DNA of 63,803 nt, counting the filler, from an uncultured Methanosarcinales archaeon (GTDB lineage Archaea; Nanobdellota; Nanobdellia; Woesearchaeales; B54-G15), in NCBI GenBank assembly GCA_964519225.1. It is 4 parts of 4 records of this genome, joined end to end, with 100 filler letters (N's around TTAATTAATTAA, not from the genome) between each part and the next. Parts side by side here need not be neighbours in the genome. Positions count along the whole stretch, not along the records: positions 1 to 21,703 come from CAZFJK010000001.1; 3 more parts are not named here. One strand, given 5' to 3'. Shown here piece by piece: positions 1-8,670 of this stretch. Made by a program: the position numbers and the translations under genes. Every line of letters begins with the position of its first letter. Positions within the stretch are counted from its first letter, which is position 1. The notes below the pieces were generated by a model, which worked only from the letters and a program-made list of their open reading frames with translations, did no database searches and was not told the origin of the DNA.

Positions 1-389
1 ACCCATCTTAACTTCGGCATATCCAAAACACCAAAGAAATATTCTTCATTTACTCTATTGAAGCTTTCTTCCAGCACTTTTGAAGTAGGCTTTCTTTCCT
101 TCAAAGATTGCGCATTGCTTAAGTGTTTGATAAAACTGTTATAAAGCTCTATCCATTTCGTAACTTTTCTCTTTGCCCTTTTCCTTCCAAAGCTCAAAAG
201 CAAATGCTGAACAAGTCCTCTGATAATAGCCTCATCAACTCTTTGCCATTCGTTGCCAAAAAGAAAAGTGATCCTATCAGGCATAAAAACAGCATAGGCT
301 TTAAGTCCTCTTTCGCTAAAACGAATTTCAAGCTTTTTCTTTGGCTTAGCACCAAATATTTCTTCCCAAGCGTCAGAAAGCCAGTGCAT
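1..389 (-). CDS. Partial (3' end outside window) SprT/YgjP-like metallopeptidase-family protein
   Basis: Not in ORF track; hand translation from ATG at 389: MHWLSDAWEEIFG...LEESFNRVNEEYFFGVLDMPKLRW. The F-x-R-x-N-x-x-YF-x-G-x-L-x-x-P-x-L-x-W segment resembles SprT-like N-termini. HExxH not visible in window. Confidence 0.55.
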   Translation of the reverse strand, partial: MHWLSDAWEEIFGAKPKKKLEIRFSERGLKAYAVFMPDRITFLFGNEWQRVDEAIIRGLVQHLLLSFGRKRAKRKVTKWIELYNSFIKHLSNAQSLKERKPTSKVLEESFNRVNEEYFFGVLDMPKLRW

Positions 390-390
390 T

Positions 391-2982
391 CTACTCTTCC
401 CTTCTCTCAAATCTCAAGATAGCAGCAATGCCCCCCATCTCTTTTAACTGGACTCCTTCCCTTGTTTCAGTAGAAATTATTTCAACCTTGCTGCCGACTT
501 TAACTGCTTCTTCTTCAAACATTTCAACAACTTTCTTTGGTATAACTTCGGAAATCAAGACAACATCAACAACTCCTTCTTTAAGCAATTCCAAAACCTC
601 TTCTTCGCCATACGCAACCATTCCGGGTTTTTTAGCAAGCAAATCCAAAAATCTGCCAACAAGCTCTTTTTCCCTTATTATTTCTTCTTTTGCTAAAACA
701 TCCTTGCTCTTTTCAACCAGCTCATGCAACCCGAATTCTCCTGTATAGCTCGTGTCTTTTATTGCAATTACCTTTCTTTTAAGCTCAGTTGGAAGATACT
801 CAACAAAATCATATTTTGTTGGCCCAGGACCTCCAACAATAATTCCTTTTAACTCTTTCATTCCATAAAATTGCTCTTTAGCTTTTTCAGCAACTTTCTT
901 GTAGTGAGCTTTTGCCGCGCCTTCTATAAGTCTATGAAAGCGTTGAGCAGAATTATGTACGACCAGACAATTAGCTATAAAACTTCTGTCCTCCACGCTA
1001 ATGTCAACCATATCTATAACCTTGTCAGTCTTAACTACCTTTGCCACTTCAACAGGTACAAAAGGAATATTTACCAATTTCAACAGATTCTTCTTCAACT
1101 CTCCGCTAGTTTCATCAATAAATCTTTTCATAAAAACAGTTTTACTTATCTTTCTATGTCCTCCTAAGAACATTCCTGCTTTATTAAAAGCTCTCAATTT
1201 CAACCTATGCCCTAAAATAATCTTTTTCACATCTTTTCCAGAATACATAAATTGACGTATCAAGCTTCTATTCTTTTTTTCACATACTAACTTCTTTAGT
1301 TTATCGAATTTCTTTTTGCTCCCAAATCCAATGTATTTCAAAAAACGCTGCAGACTTTCCTTCTCGCTCATTTCCAAGCAGTATCTAGGATTTTTGCTAA
1401 ATGGATTCTTTTTATTGTCGTAAACAAGAAAGGAAGAAAGAACCCCAAACCTTAACAAAGCCATCTGAACTTGCCCAACTAATGTTTTGCTATGTGCAGC
1501 AAAGCCTAGTTTTTCACTCACATATCCTTCTGCATCAAATAATCCCTTCAAGAAACCAGCAACAACATTGTCTTTGCTCAATAAAATCTTTTCCGGAATT
1601 ACATCAATTTTATTCTTCAATCCAAATTCATCTTTTAAAAACCTAACAATCGGTCTGCTATTAACCCTAATCCTGAAATAGTTCTTATCGTTCCTGTATT
1701 TCATACTCGCCTTAACACCAAAAACGCGCTCCAATAATCCTTTATAGTGCTTTGCGGTGTTTTCATCAGATTCAAAAAAATTAATCCTGTCCTCTTCTAT
1801 TGAGCCATCTCCAACAAAATATCCAATAATCTGCGCTAGTTTTTCGTCAAGTTTATTTGGTAATTTAACATGTCTATACAGGCAAGGTTCGCAACATTCC
1901 TTCACAAAATATTCTAACGAAATATCAAGTGCAGAACATAGTTTTTTTAGCGTATTCCTATGAATGTTCAATTTTCCAAGTTCAAAAGCAGATATCGTCG
2001 CTTGATACACACCAATCAACTCTGCCAACCGCCGCTGTGAAAAACCTTTTTCCAATCTCTTTTTCCTAAGCAGCTTAATTCCCTTTTTGTTAAGCTTGAA
2101 AGAATTATAATAAATCTCCGGGTTGAAGACAATCTCCTTTCCATCAACAGTGATCTTTTCAGGCGCTATCAATACATCGCCTTCTTTCAGCTCAGCTACA
2201 GGTCTCTCCTTTACTTTTCCATTTTCAAAGATAAAGAAAACGTGGTCACCAGAACATTCAATCTCATACCTAGGGCGTTTAGTAATTACTTTAATCAATC
2301 GTTTCTTTGTATTCCACTTATCTGTAACTGCACTTTTAACTAAAGAAAAATTATCAAAATCGGCACTTTTTACTTGATGAGGATTGTGAAGATTACGTAT
2401 TTCTAAAATCCTTCCATCAGCTAGAAAAACAAAAGTATCAGGAGCTAAGCATTGTCCCCCTGCTTTGAATTTCCCAGGAACTTCGCTATGCGTTTTAACC
2501 AAAGGCACAATCGCCTTTCCCTTAAGCAGAGCAATATGTGCGTCCCTTCTGTCCATAACAATTAAACCATACAACTCTTTTGCTTCAATCATCTCCTCTA
2601 ATGGCCCAAGAATAAATTGCTTATCGCATCGATAAATTCTAATCTTTAGCGGCTCTGGAGGCTCTATACTCCAAACCTTAATGTCTTGCTCACCTTCTTT
2701 TTCAGCGACATTTCCACTAAAAACAGCAAGTCCATTCGGTGGCGTTCTTCCTATAACTTTCAAATGCTGAATCATCCTTTCAAGCGCAGCAATAACGTTC
2801 TTCCTTGTGGTTGCGCTTTTAATATTCATAGCAGTGCTTTGTTCTTGCTGCAAATGAGAAATAATCTTATTCAAATCATAACCAGCAGGAACGTATACAC
2901 TAACTAATTCTGTATGCCTCCCTCTATATTTCGACAATTCATCAATAAACTTCCTGAGTTCATACTTTGCTTTTTCATTCAT
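391..2982 (-). CDS. prf1: Peptide chain release factor aRF1, interrupted by an intein
   Basis: NIKS, YRCDKQF and PGKFKAGGQ|...|SAQRF motifs; C-terminal GGIAAILRF; 363 aa after removing the intein. Confidence 0.97.
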   Translation of the reverse strand: MNEKAKYELRKFIDELSKYRGRHTELVSVYVPAGYDLNKIISHLQQEQSTAMNIKSATTRKNVIAALERMIQHLKVIGRTPPNGLAVFSGNVAEKEGEQDIKVWSIEPPEPLKIRIYRCDKQFILGPLEEMIEAKELYGLIVMDRRDAHIALLKGKAIVPLVKTHSEVPGKFKAGGQCLAPDTFVFLADGRILEIRNLHNPHQVKSADFDNFSLVKSAVTDKWNTKKRLIKVITKRPRYEIECSGDHVFFIFENGKVKERPVAELKEGDVLIAPEKITVDGKEIVFNPEIYYNSFKLNKKGIKLLRKKRLEKGFSQRRLAELIGVYQATISAFELGKLNIHRNTLKKLCSALDISLEYFVKECCEPCLYRHVKLPNKLDEKLAQIIGYFVGDGSIEEDRINFFESDENTAKHYKGLLERVFGVKASMKYRNDKNYFRIRVNSRPIVRFLKDEFGLKNKIDVIPEKILLSKDNVVAGFLKGLFDAEGYVSEKLGFAAHSKTLVGQVQMALLRFGVLSSFLVYDNKKNPFSKNPRYCLEMSEKESLQRFLKYIGFGSKKKFDKLKKLVCEKKNRSLIRQFMYSGKDVKKIILGHRLKLRAFNKAGMFLGGHRKISKTVFMKRFIDETSGELKKNLLKLVNIPFVPVEVAKVVKTDKVIDMVDISVEDRSFIANCLVVHNSAQRFHRLIEGAAKAHYKKVAEKAKEQFYGMKELKGIIVGGPGPTKYDFVEYLPTELKRKVIAIKDTSYTGEFGLHELVEKSKDVLAKEEIIREKELVGRFLDLLAKKPGMVAYGEEEVLELLKEGVVDVVLISEVIPKKVVEMFEEEAVKVGSKVEIISTETREGVQLKEMGGIAAILRFERREE
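952..2451 (-). mobile_element. Intein (500 aa) with XRE-type HTH and LAGLIDADG homing endonuclease
   Basis: Starts C178 (CLAPDTFV), block B CSGDHVFF, ends SFIANCLVVHN before Ser+1. LAGLIDADG-like IGYFVGDGS and FLKGLFDAEG. HTH LRKKRLEKGFSQRRLAELIGVYQATISAFELG. Confidence 0.95.
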
Positions 2983-3029
2983 GGAAAAGCTTAAAAAATA
3001 ACTCTTTATAAGTTTTTTTGAAACGCAAT

Positions 3030-3102
3030 GGCGGTAGTGGTGTAATGGTTAGCACGGAGGCCTGTGGAGCCTCAGAAGCGGGTTCGATTCCCGCCTACCG
3101 CC
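3030..3102 (+). tRNA. tRNA-His(GTG) with genomically encoded G-1
   Basis: GCGGTAG/CTACCGC acceptor stem, GAGGC-CTGTGGA-GCCTC anticodon arm, GGTTCGATTCC T arm, C73; G at 3030. Confidence 0.95.
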
Positions 3103-3604
3103 CTTTTCTAAAAACAAGCCAGTAAACATATGGTGCAAGAAAAGACGCAACATACAGAAAAATCATAATAAAAGGACTTTCCCTTAAAACACCAATAGCG
3201 AACAATTCATTTACCCTCTTTGCAACCAAATAGACAAACAAAAGATTAGCAAACGCAATTACTGGCACAACAAAAAGCAAAAGCATCCTGTGTTTTTTCT
3301 CTAAATGTTCCAAATCTCTGAAAACAACACAGGTAAGCATACCAAAGCAAAACCCGAGAATTAAAATAATAAGGTCAAAGATAAACCGATTCATAACAAA
3401 CAAAAAGGGAACCAACACGATTCCAATCAGCAAGTTTCCAATCAAAATAACAAAAAAACCCATCCAAAAAAGTACTGCTTGTCCATACACTAAAGTTCTG
3501 CTTTTATCTGAAAACTTTCCTTTTCTTAATACTTCAGTTGTTTCTGAAATTTCCTTTTTGCTCCAACCTTTTCTAAGCAATTTTTCTACAGTACTTCTTC
3601 GCAT
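3095..3604 (-). CDS. Hypothetical multi-pass membrane protein
   Basis: Basic N-terminus followed by about 4 hydrophobic segments. Confidence 0.75.
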   Translation of the reverse strand: MRRSTVEKLLRKGWSKKEISETTEVLRKGKFSDKSRTLVYGQAVLFWMGFFVILIGNLLIGIVLVPFLFVMNRFIFDLIILILGFCFGMLTCVVFRDLEHLEKKHRMLLLFVVPVIAFANLLFVYLVAKRVNELFAIGVLRESPFIMIFLYVASFLAPYVYWLVFRKGR

Positions 3605-4068
3605 TTTACAATATTTTCAATCGCTGAAAGAAACGCTTTAACCTTTGCATAATAATTAGCCAATTCCTCAAGATCAACAGAAACATATTTTCCTTCTAAA
3701 TCAACAATCATCCTAACAGTTTTTCTATATTCGTCTTCTCTGCTGAAAGGAGCTTTCAATAATTTTCTTAAAAAAAGATAAAAATCCACGCCCTCGACCA
3801 ATTCATCCTTGTCTGCTTCACTCAAAATGCTCTTAGCAAGTTCAGCTTTCTGAATAGGCGTTGTTGGAATGCTATCGATTTTTCCTTGCTTCACAGCATA
3901 AGCTAAAAAACAATCTATAGCAAAAGAAAGAGCATTAAGCATCCTCTCAATCGCATTCCTTATTACATCAACTGTTCTTGTATATTTCAAACTAACCCAA
4001 TAGATATGATCAACCCTTCTCATCTCTTGCTTTGCTTTCATCAAATATTCATTTATCGTTTCATTCAT
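3586..4068 (-). CDS. Conserved hypothetical protein (paralog of 4065-4532)
   Basis: Full ORF; shares KA-x5-6-DH-x3-V-S/T-x-K and SP/AP-x4-R/K-x-D pattern with its neighbour. Confidence 0.75.
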   Translation of the reverse strand: MNETINEYLMKAKQEMRRVDHIYWVSLKYTRTVDVIRNAIERMLNALSFAIDCFLAYAVKQGKIDSIPTTPIQKAELAKSILSEADKDELVEGVDFYLFLRKLLKAPFSREDEYRKTVRMIVDLEGKYVSVDLEELANYYAKVKAFLSAIENIVKCEEVL

Positions 4069-4532
4069 TTCTTTACAAAAGAATTTATTGCATCTATAAA
4101 TAATTTTGCTTTACTTAAATATTTTTTTATTTCATTTACACCAAGAACTTTCATTCTGTAGGTGTTCGAACATATAACAAGCTTGTCTTTTCTGCAGAAC
4201 TCGATTGGGCTTTCTTTATGCTCTTTTATTATGCTTCTCAAATCAAATAGCAATGCAATAAAACTATTATCCAAGCCCAAACGTTCAATACATTTTTCCC
4301 TAAACATATTTATCTTTCCGTCAAAAGTTTTTGAATAAGGAGGGATTCTCTTATATAATCTCTCGAAAAGCAGAACAGCATCCATGCCATTCAGCATTGC
4401 AGCAAAAACGTGTTCAACTATACTCAACAAGAGTTTAGGATCATTAACAAGTTTATATGTTACAGAAAGCATATGGTCTGCAATCTTAAGCGATTTATTC
4501 GCCTTCTCTAAGATAACTTCATACTCCTCCAT
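4065..4532 (-). CDS. Conserved hypothetical protein
   Basis: Full ORF, ATGA-coupled to the downstream paralog. Confidence 0.75.
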   Translation of the reverse strand: MEEYEVILEKANKSLKIADHMLSVTYKLVNDPKLLLSIVEHVFAAMLNGMDAVLLFERLYKRIPPYSKTFDGKINMFREKCIERLGLDNSFIALLFDLRSIIKEHKESPIEFCRKDKLVICSNTYRMKVLGVNEIKKYLSKAKLFIDAINSFVKK

Positions 4533-4572
4533 TAGCTAAAGAATAGAACTAATTTTTAAAAAATTATTCCCA

Positions 4573-4902
4573 TTAAACCTTCTCAAGCTCAAGAAGAGCT
4601 TTTGCTATATCGCCGCTAGTTTTTTCAAGAATCTCTTTAGCTTTCTCTTCACTTACATTCGCTTTTTCGGTAACTAGTTTTACGTCCTCATCTTTAATCT
4701 GAATTTTTGGTTTTTCTTCTACTGCGCCGCTGATTTGAAACATCTTCTGGCCCTGAAAATCAACTATTACAACATCAGGATTTCTAATAACAATATCCTT
4801 CTCTTTACAAGAAATAACAACTTCTTCGGCATCGACCTTTTCCTGTTTTATTCCAAGCCTTTGCATTGCCTTCATCATATCCTTCATATTCAGCCCAAAC
4901 AT
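4573..4902 (-). CDS. nac: Nascent polypeptide-associated complex protein
   Basis: MKAMQRLGIKQEKVDAEEVVI...FQISG plus C-terminal UBA-like GDIAKAL. Start moved to ATG 4902 because the longer ORF overlaps secG. Confidence 0.93.
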   Translation of the reverse strand: MFGLNMKDMMKAMQRLGIKQEKVDAEEVVISCKEKDIVIRNPDVVIVDFQGQKMFQISGAVEEKPKIQIKDEDVKLVTEKANVSEEKAKEILEKTSGDIAKALLELEKV

Positions 4903-4909
4903 TTTAGAA

Positions 4910-5083
4910 CTACAATCCAAATAGTACTTTAAAATAAGTATGCAAAACAATCATCAGCACAATAATGATTATTGTCAGCACAACAATACTTCCAGGCTTA
5001 AAACTAAGTCTACTTTTATATTCATCAAAATATCTCAGTAATCCTCCACCACCAGCAGGAAGCCTTATTCTTTGATCAGCCAT
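4910..5083 (-). CDS. secG: Preprotein translocase subunit Sec61beta/SecG (57 aa)
   Basis: Below ORF-track cutoff; MADQRIRLPAGGGGLLRYFDEYKSRLSFKPGSIVVLTIIIIVLMIVLH has the GL-x-RYFD motif plus a single TM. Confidence 0.92.
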   Translation of the reverse strand: MADQRIRLPAGGGGLLRYFDEYKSRLSFKPGSIVVLTIIIIVLMIVLHTYFKVLFGL

Positions 5084-5110
5084 TTTCTATTCTCGTTAAT
5101 TAATTTAAAA

Positions 5111-5429
5111 GGTAGGGAAGGTTAGGCCGCCTTCTGTTAGGCTCTGTTCAGCAGAACAGACAGCCCTTTTAACATCCTACTTAGCGTCCTTTTGGACTTG
5201 CACCAGCCAGGGCTCGCCGTTCCACCATTCCCTTCAGGCAGATCAGCAGGTTAGCTCGTTTCCCCTTTCGAGGAAACTTCGCCACATCATCCTTTACCTG
5301 AAGGATGTTTCGTTTCTGGGCGGTTGCCGTTCCTATTCGGAACCCTCCTTACGAAGGTGGCTTTTAACGGTGGGCGGACCTTCCTCAGTGCTGCCAATGC
5401 AAGCACCGAAAGTTAAATCCCTCCCTACC
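5111..5429 (-). ncRNA. rnpB: RNase P RNA
   Basis: Minus strand has CR-I GAGGAAGGTCCGCC and CR-V AACAGAAGGCGGCCTA (P4 pairing), terminal P1 GGTAGGGA/TCCCTACC; GC-rich intergenic island. Confidence 0.93.
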
Positions 5430-5471
5430 ACTGAAACCATCCCCTATTAAGTTTAAAAATCTTTCTGAGAT

Positions 5472-5669
5472 TTACCTGATTTTTAACAAGCGTTTTATTT
5501 TCTTTTTCCCTTCTTTTGTTTTGCAAAGTTCTTTTAAAAACATATTTGCCTTCTTTATTTGAGCATCGATAAATGGCTTTACATGCTTCTTCCATTCTTT
5601 TCTCGAATGTGTCTTAACAAACTTCGCCCATTGTTCAAGATGAATAATATGGGTCTTATCTCTTTTCAT
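5472..5669 (-). CDS. Small basic hypothetical protein, partner of the upstream nucleotidyltransferase
   Basis: 65 aa, overlaps the end of the upstream ORF; typical two-gene TA-like layout. Confidence 0.65.
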   Translation of the reverse strand: MKRDKTHIIHLEQWAKFVKTHSRKEWKKHVKPFIDAQIKKANMFLKELCKTKEGKKKIKRLLKIR

Positions 5670-6233
5670 TTTTTCCCAATTTCACTATTCTTATCATATT
5701 TTTGATATTTTCTATTTCTTCATCATTCAGCTTATCTTCATAAATTATTCTTAGATGTTTAGCGTCTTCTAGGTCTTTTTGTGAGCCAAGAGGCTCTTCT
5801 TTAAACGCTATTGTCACTTCGATATTTGCAAAATAAACATCAAGCCCTGTAAAAGGTAGTTTTGTCTTTGTTTTCAAAGTATTTCATCGAGTTTATCTTT
5901 GGCAAATTTTAATTCTAATTGAGGTATAAACTCTCCTTTCCTAACATACCTAATACCATCACCATGCAAAAGATAAGTTCTATAGAGAAAAAAAGCACTT
6001 CCACCTTGAATGCATTCAAAGCCCGATTTTAAAAGTTCTTTATGAAGTTCTGCAAATTTCTGCTCAGACATAGGTTCAATAATCATATCTATATCTTCGG
6101 TAGCCCTACTTCTACCATGTGCTATCGCTATGAAACCTCCAACAATAACATAGTCAGCGTGCTTGTTAATGACCTTCACAATATCTTCTATGAACTTATC
6201 TAGAACTGTTTTCTCACTCTGATTATTAACCAT
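5656..6233 (-). pseudogene. Nucleotidyltransferase (GG...TEDID) split by a -1 frameshift near 5877
   Basis: ORF 5874-6233 has VIVGGFIAIAHGRSRATEDID. ORF 5656-5877 has the C-terminal K...KD..D motif (AFKEE..GSQKDLEDAKHL). Inserting one base joins them. Confidence 0.7.
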
Positions 6234-6367
6234 ATTTTAAGTAATCCTTCTAAATTTATATATCTTGTGCAAACCTGTCTTATGTTCCATCAATTGAATG
6301 GCAGCCTACCAAAAAATATAAATATTAAGTCCAAGAATTTCTATTCAAACGAAAAAGGTGTTGCTAA

Positions 6368-7108
6368 ATGGTCAGACTAACACTAACAGAATCTCGTTAT
6401 CTAAAAGATAGCATAGCTATAATCTCTGACCTTGTTAACGAAGCAAGGTTTAAAATCAACCAAGACGGCTTAGAGCTTATTGCTATGGATCCTGCAAATG
6501 TTGCCATGGTTGTCTTCAAACTCTTATCTTCCTGCTTTACAGAATACAACGTACCAGAACCAACAGAAATAGCAATAAACTTAGCAAATCTAAAGCAAGT
6601 ACTTAGACGTGCAAAACCGAGCGATACGCTTACGCTTGAATACAAAGACAATCGCCTTGTAGTTCTACTAAGAGGCGATACAACAAGAACCTTCAACCTG
6701 CCAACCATCGAGCTCGAGGAAAAAGAGCATAGGGTTCCAGAGCTCAGCTTTCCAGTAAAGATAAAGCTTGGCTCACACATCCTTGTCAATGCGATAGAGG
6801 ACGCAGATATTGTTGCTGATTCAGTTGCTTTCATCGCAGAACCAAACAAATTCACTATCTCAGCCGAAGGAGAACTATCAGCAGCAAAAACAGAAGTAAC
6901 AGAAAAACAGGCCGAAATAATAGCACCAGAAGAAAGAACAAAAGCAAAATACTCAATAGAATACCTAAAGAAAATGATTGGCGGCGCAAAACTTGCTGAT
7001 GTTGCAACGATTCAGTTCAATAAAGACTATCCGCTTAAACTTGAATTTAAAACTGTTGATAGAGTTTTACTTTCATTCATATTAGCACCAAGAATAGAAA
7101 ACGATTAA
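6368..7108 (+). CDS. pcn: PCNA sliding clamp
   Basis: LIAMDPANVAMV, YSIEYLKKM, DYPLKL, FILAPRIE motifs; 246 aa. Confidence 0.97.
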   Translation: MVRLTLTESRYLKDSIAIISDLVNEARFKINQDGLELIAMDPANVAMVVFKLLSSCFTEYNVPEPTEIAINLANLKQVLRRAKPSDTLTLEYKDNRLVVLLRGDTTRTFNLPTIELEEKEHRVPELSFPVKIKLGSHILVNAIEDADIVADSVAFIAEPNKFTISAEGELSAAKTEVTEKQAEIIAPEERTKAKYSIEYLKKMIGGAKLADVATIQFNKDYPLKLEFKTVDRVLLSFILAPRIEND

Positions 7109-7716
7109 AGCCCTACGATCCAAGCAACTAAACTTCCAACAAATCCAGCTATCAGCGGGACAGCAAAATTATCATCAACCTTTTCTGTTATTGCTTCTAC
7201 AAAGCTCGCAACACAAGCCATAGCAATAGCAACTTCCCACGGCAAGAAGAACCTTCCAACCATCAAATTAACAGCAAGGCCTGCAAACACACCTTCGACA
7301 CTTCTCTTTTTAATCAATTTAAAGTAATGCAGTCTTTTGCTAACTTCATGCGCAACAACATCTCCAAAAGCAGTCATGAAAATGGCAGCATAGGCTATAT
7401 CTTTTCTAAAAACAGCAAGACAAATAATAATACTTGCAAAAAAATAAAGGGCACTTGAAAACTGACTTGCTTCTCTTTCTTTAATAAACAATCTCCATAT
7501 AAAAGGCTTTACTCTCCATTTAAACTCAACCCTCAACAGATCAACAATCAAAAAAAACACAAGCCCAGCAAGTAATGCAAGCAACCCAAACCGACTCCCA
7601 CCAAACCAATCACTTGCTTTTTCATAAGCAATCAAAGAAAGCAAAGCAGTCAAATGAAAAAAATTTCTAAGATACTCTCTTACTATAGTCCACTCAGCAA
7701 TGTTCTTTACCATCAT
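7105..7716 (-). CDS. Dolichol/phytol kinase-like (cytidylyltransferase family) membrane protein
   Basis: EYLRNFFH, FGDVVA, KRSVEG, DDNFAVPL motifs; multi-TM. Confidence 0.85.
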   Translation of the reverse strand: MMVKNIAEWTIVREYLRNFFHLTALLSLIAYEKASDWFGGSRFGLLALLAGLVFFLIVDLLRVEFKWRVKPFIWRLFIKEREASQFSSALYFFASIIICLAVFRKDIAYAAIFMTAFGDVVAHEVSKRLHYFKLIKKRSVEGVFAGLAVNLMVGRFFLPWEVAIAMACVASFVEAITEKVDDNFAVPLIAGFVGSLVAWIVGL

Positions 7717-7726
7717 ACAAATAATA

Positions 7727-7797
7727 TACGGCTGCCGGGATTCGAACCCGGGCCTGCACCTTGGGAGGGTGCTGTCCTACCACTAGACGACAGCCGT
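7727..7797 (-). tRNA. tRNA-Gly(CCC)
   Basis: ACGGCTG/CAGCCGT acceptor, GCACC-CTCCCAA-GGTGC anticodon arm, GGTTCGAATCC. Confidence 0.93.
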
Positions 7798-7835
7798 ATT
7801 AAGAGAAACCATCTAAAACTGTTATATAAAAATTT

Positions 7836-8669
7836 TCAAGAAACAAAAGTAATCTTGCCACTCAGATCAATACTGTAAAGATAACTAACCTCAACCTTCA
7901 CTGGCGTAACAAAAGGTTCTTTATTTTCAAGCGCAAGCTTGCATCGCAGAGTATCGCTTCCACCGCTTAAATCTAAAGCAGGCTTATCGCATTCCATCTT
8001 TTCTTTACCTAAATAAACACCATCAACTTCAACATAATTGACATCACCGTCGCCCTTATTTTCAAATTCAATCAAGAGCTGTGCAACGACCTTACTATCG
8101 CTTAAAACAACAGAAGGCGTGATTCTTGTAACTGCAACAGGCGCACCCTGACCCTGCCTCAAAACAACAGGCAACATAGAACATCCAACCTTAATAGGTT
8201 CTCCAATCTTAGGATTAATGCAAACATCTACCGTAGCGCTTGTTCCATAATCATAAACAACCTCAACATAAAAGGTCTCGGTAAAATCCTCCTTCTCAAA
8301 ACCTTCAAACCTGATATTCCTGAATTGAAATTCTTCGATCTTTAGCTCGCCGCTTGGCAAATACGGATCTCTTCCTTTAAGCATAAACCTTCTTTTAACA
8401 TAGCTCGGTTCAATCAAATACCTTGTAAATCCACCGATTCTTATAATACCATTCTCAATATCATGCAACCCTTTATTTTCCAGCTTTAAGCCAATAGAAA
8501 AACTGCTTCCCTTCCAAACATTCTCCGGAGGCATATTCTTCAGCAATTCAACTGATACACCTTCAAAACCAGTAGGCTTCACTTCTATTCTCTCAACTCC
8601 TTTTGGAACACATCCACTCAGTAAAATAAACATTCCCAATACAAAAAAAAGCACAACTTCTTTTCTCAT
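7836..8669 (-). CDS. Putative lipoprotein / surface protein with Ig-like beta domains
   Basis: Signal peptide with LSGC lipobox; beta-rich; GQGAPVAVT. Confidence 0.7.
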   Translation of the reverse strand: MRKEVVLFFVLGMFILLSGCVPKGVERIEVKPTGFEGVSVELLKNMPPENVWKGSSFSIGLKLENKGLHDIENGIIRIGGFTRYLIEPSYVKRRFMLKGRDPYLPSGELKIEEFQFRNIRFEGFEKEDFTETFYVEVVYDYGTSATVDVCINPKIGEPIKVGCSMLPVVLRQGQGAPVAVTRITPSVVLSDSKVVAQLLIEFENKGDGDVNYVEVDGVYLGKEKMECDKPALDLSGGSDTLRCKLALENKEPFVTPVKVEVSYLYSIDLSGKITFVS

Positions 8670-8670
8670 C

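Noticed and set aside
428..2907. Many short antisense ORFs here and opposite other genes across the window
   Set aside because: Shadow frames of well-supported genes, with no motifs.
3095..3102. Convergent 8-nt overlap of tRNA-His with a CDS stop
   Set aside because: Ordinary consequence of genome compaction.
4903..4950. N-terminal extension of NAC
   Set aside because: It overlaps secG in another frame.
5874..5879. CTT-TGA resembling the bacterial prfB +1 frameshift site
   Set aside because: The continuation is in the -1 frame; the +1 frame stops after about 12 codons and no slippery heptamer is present.
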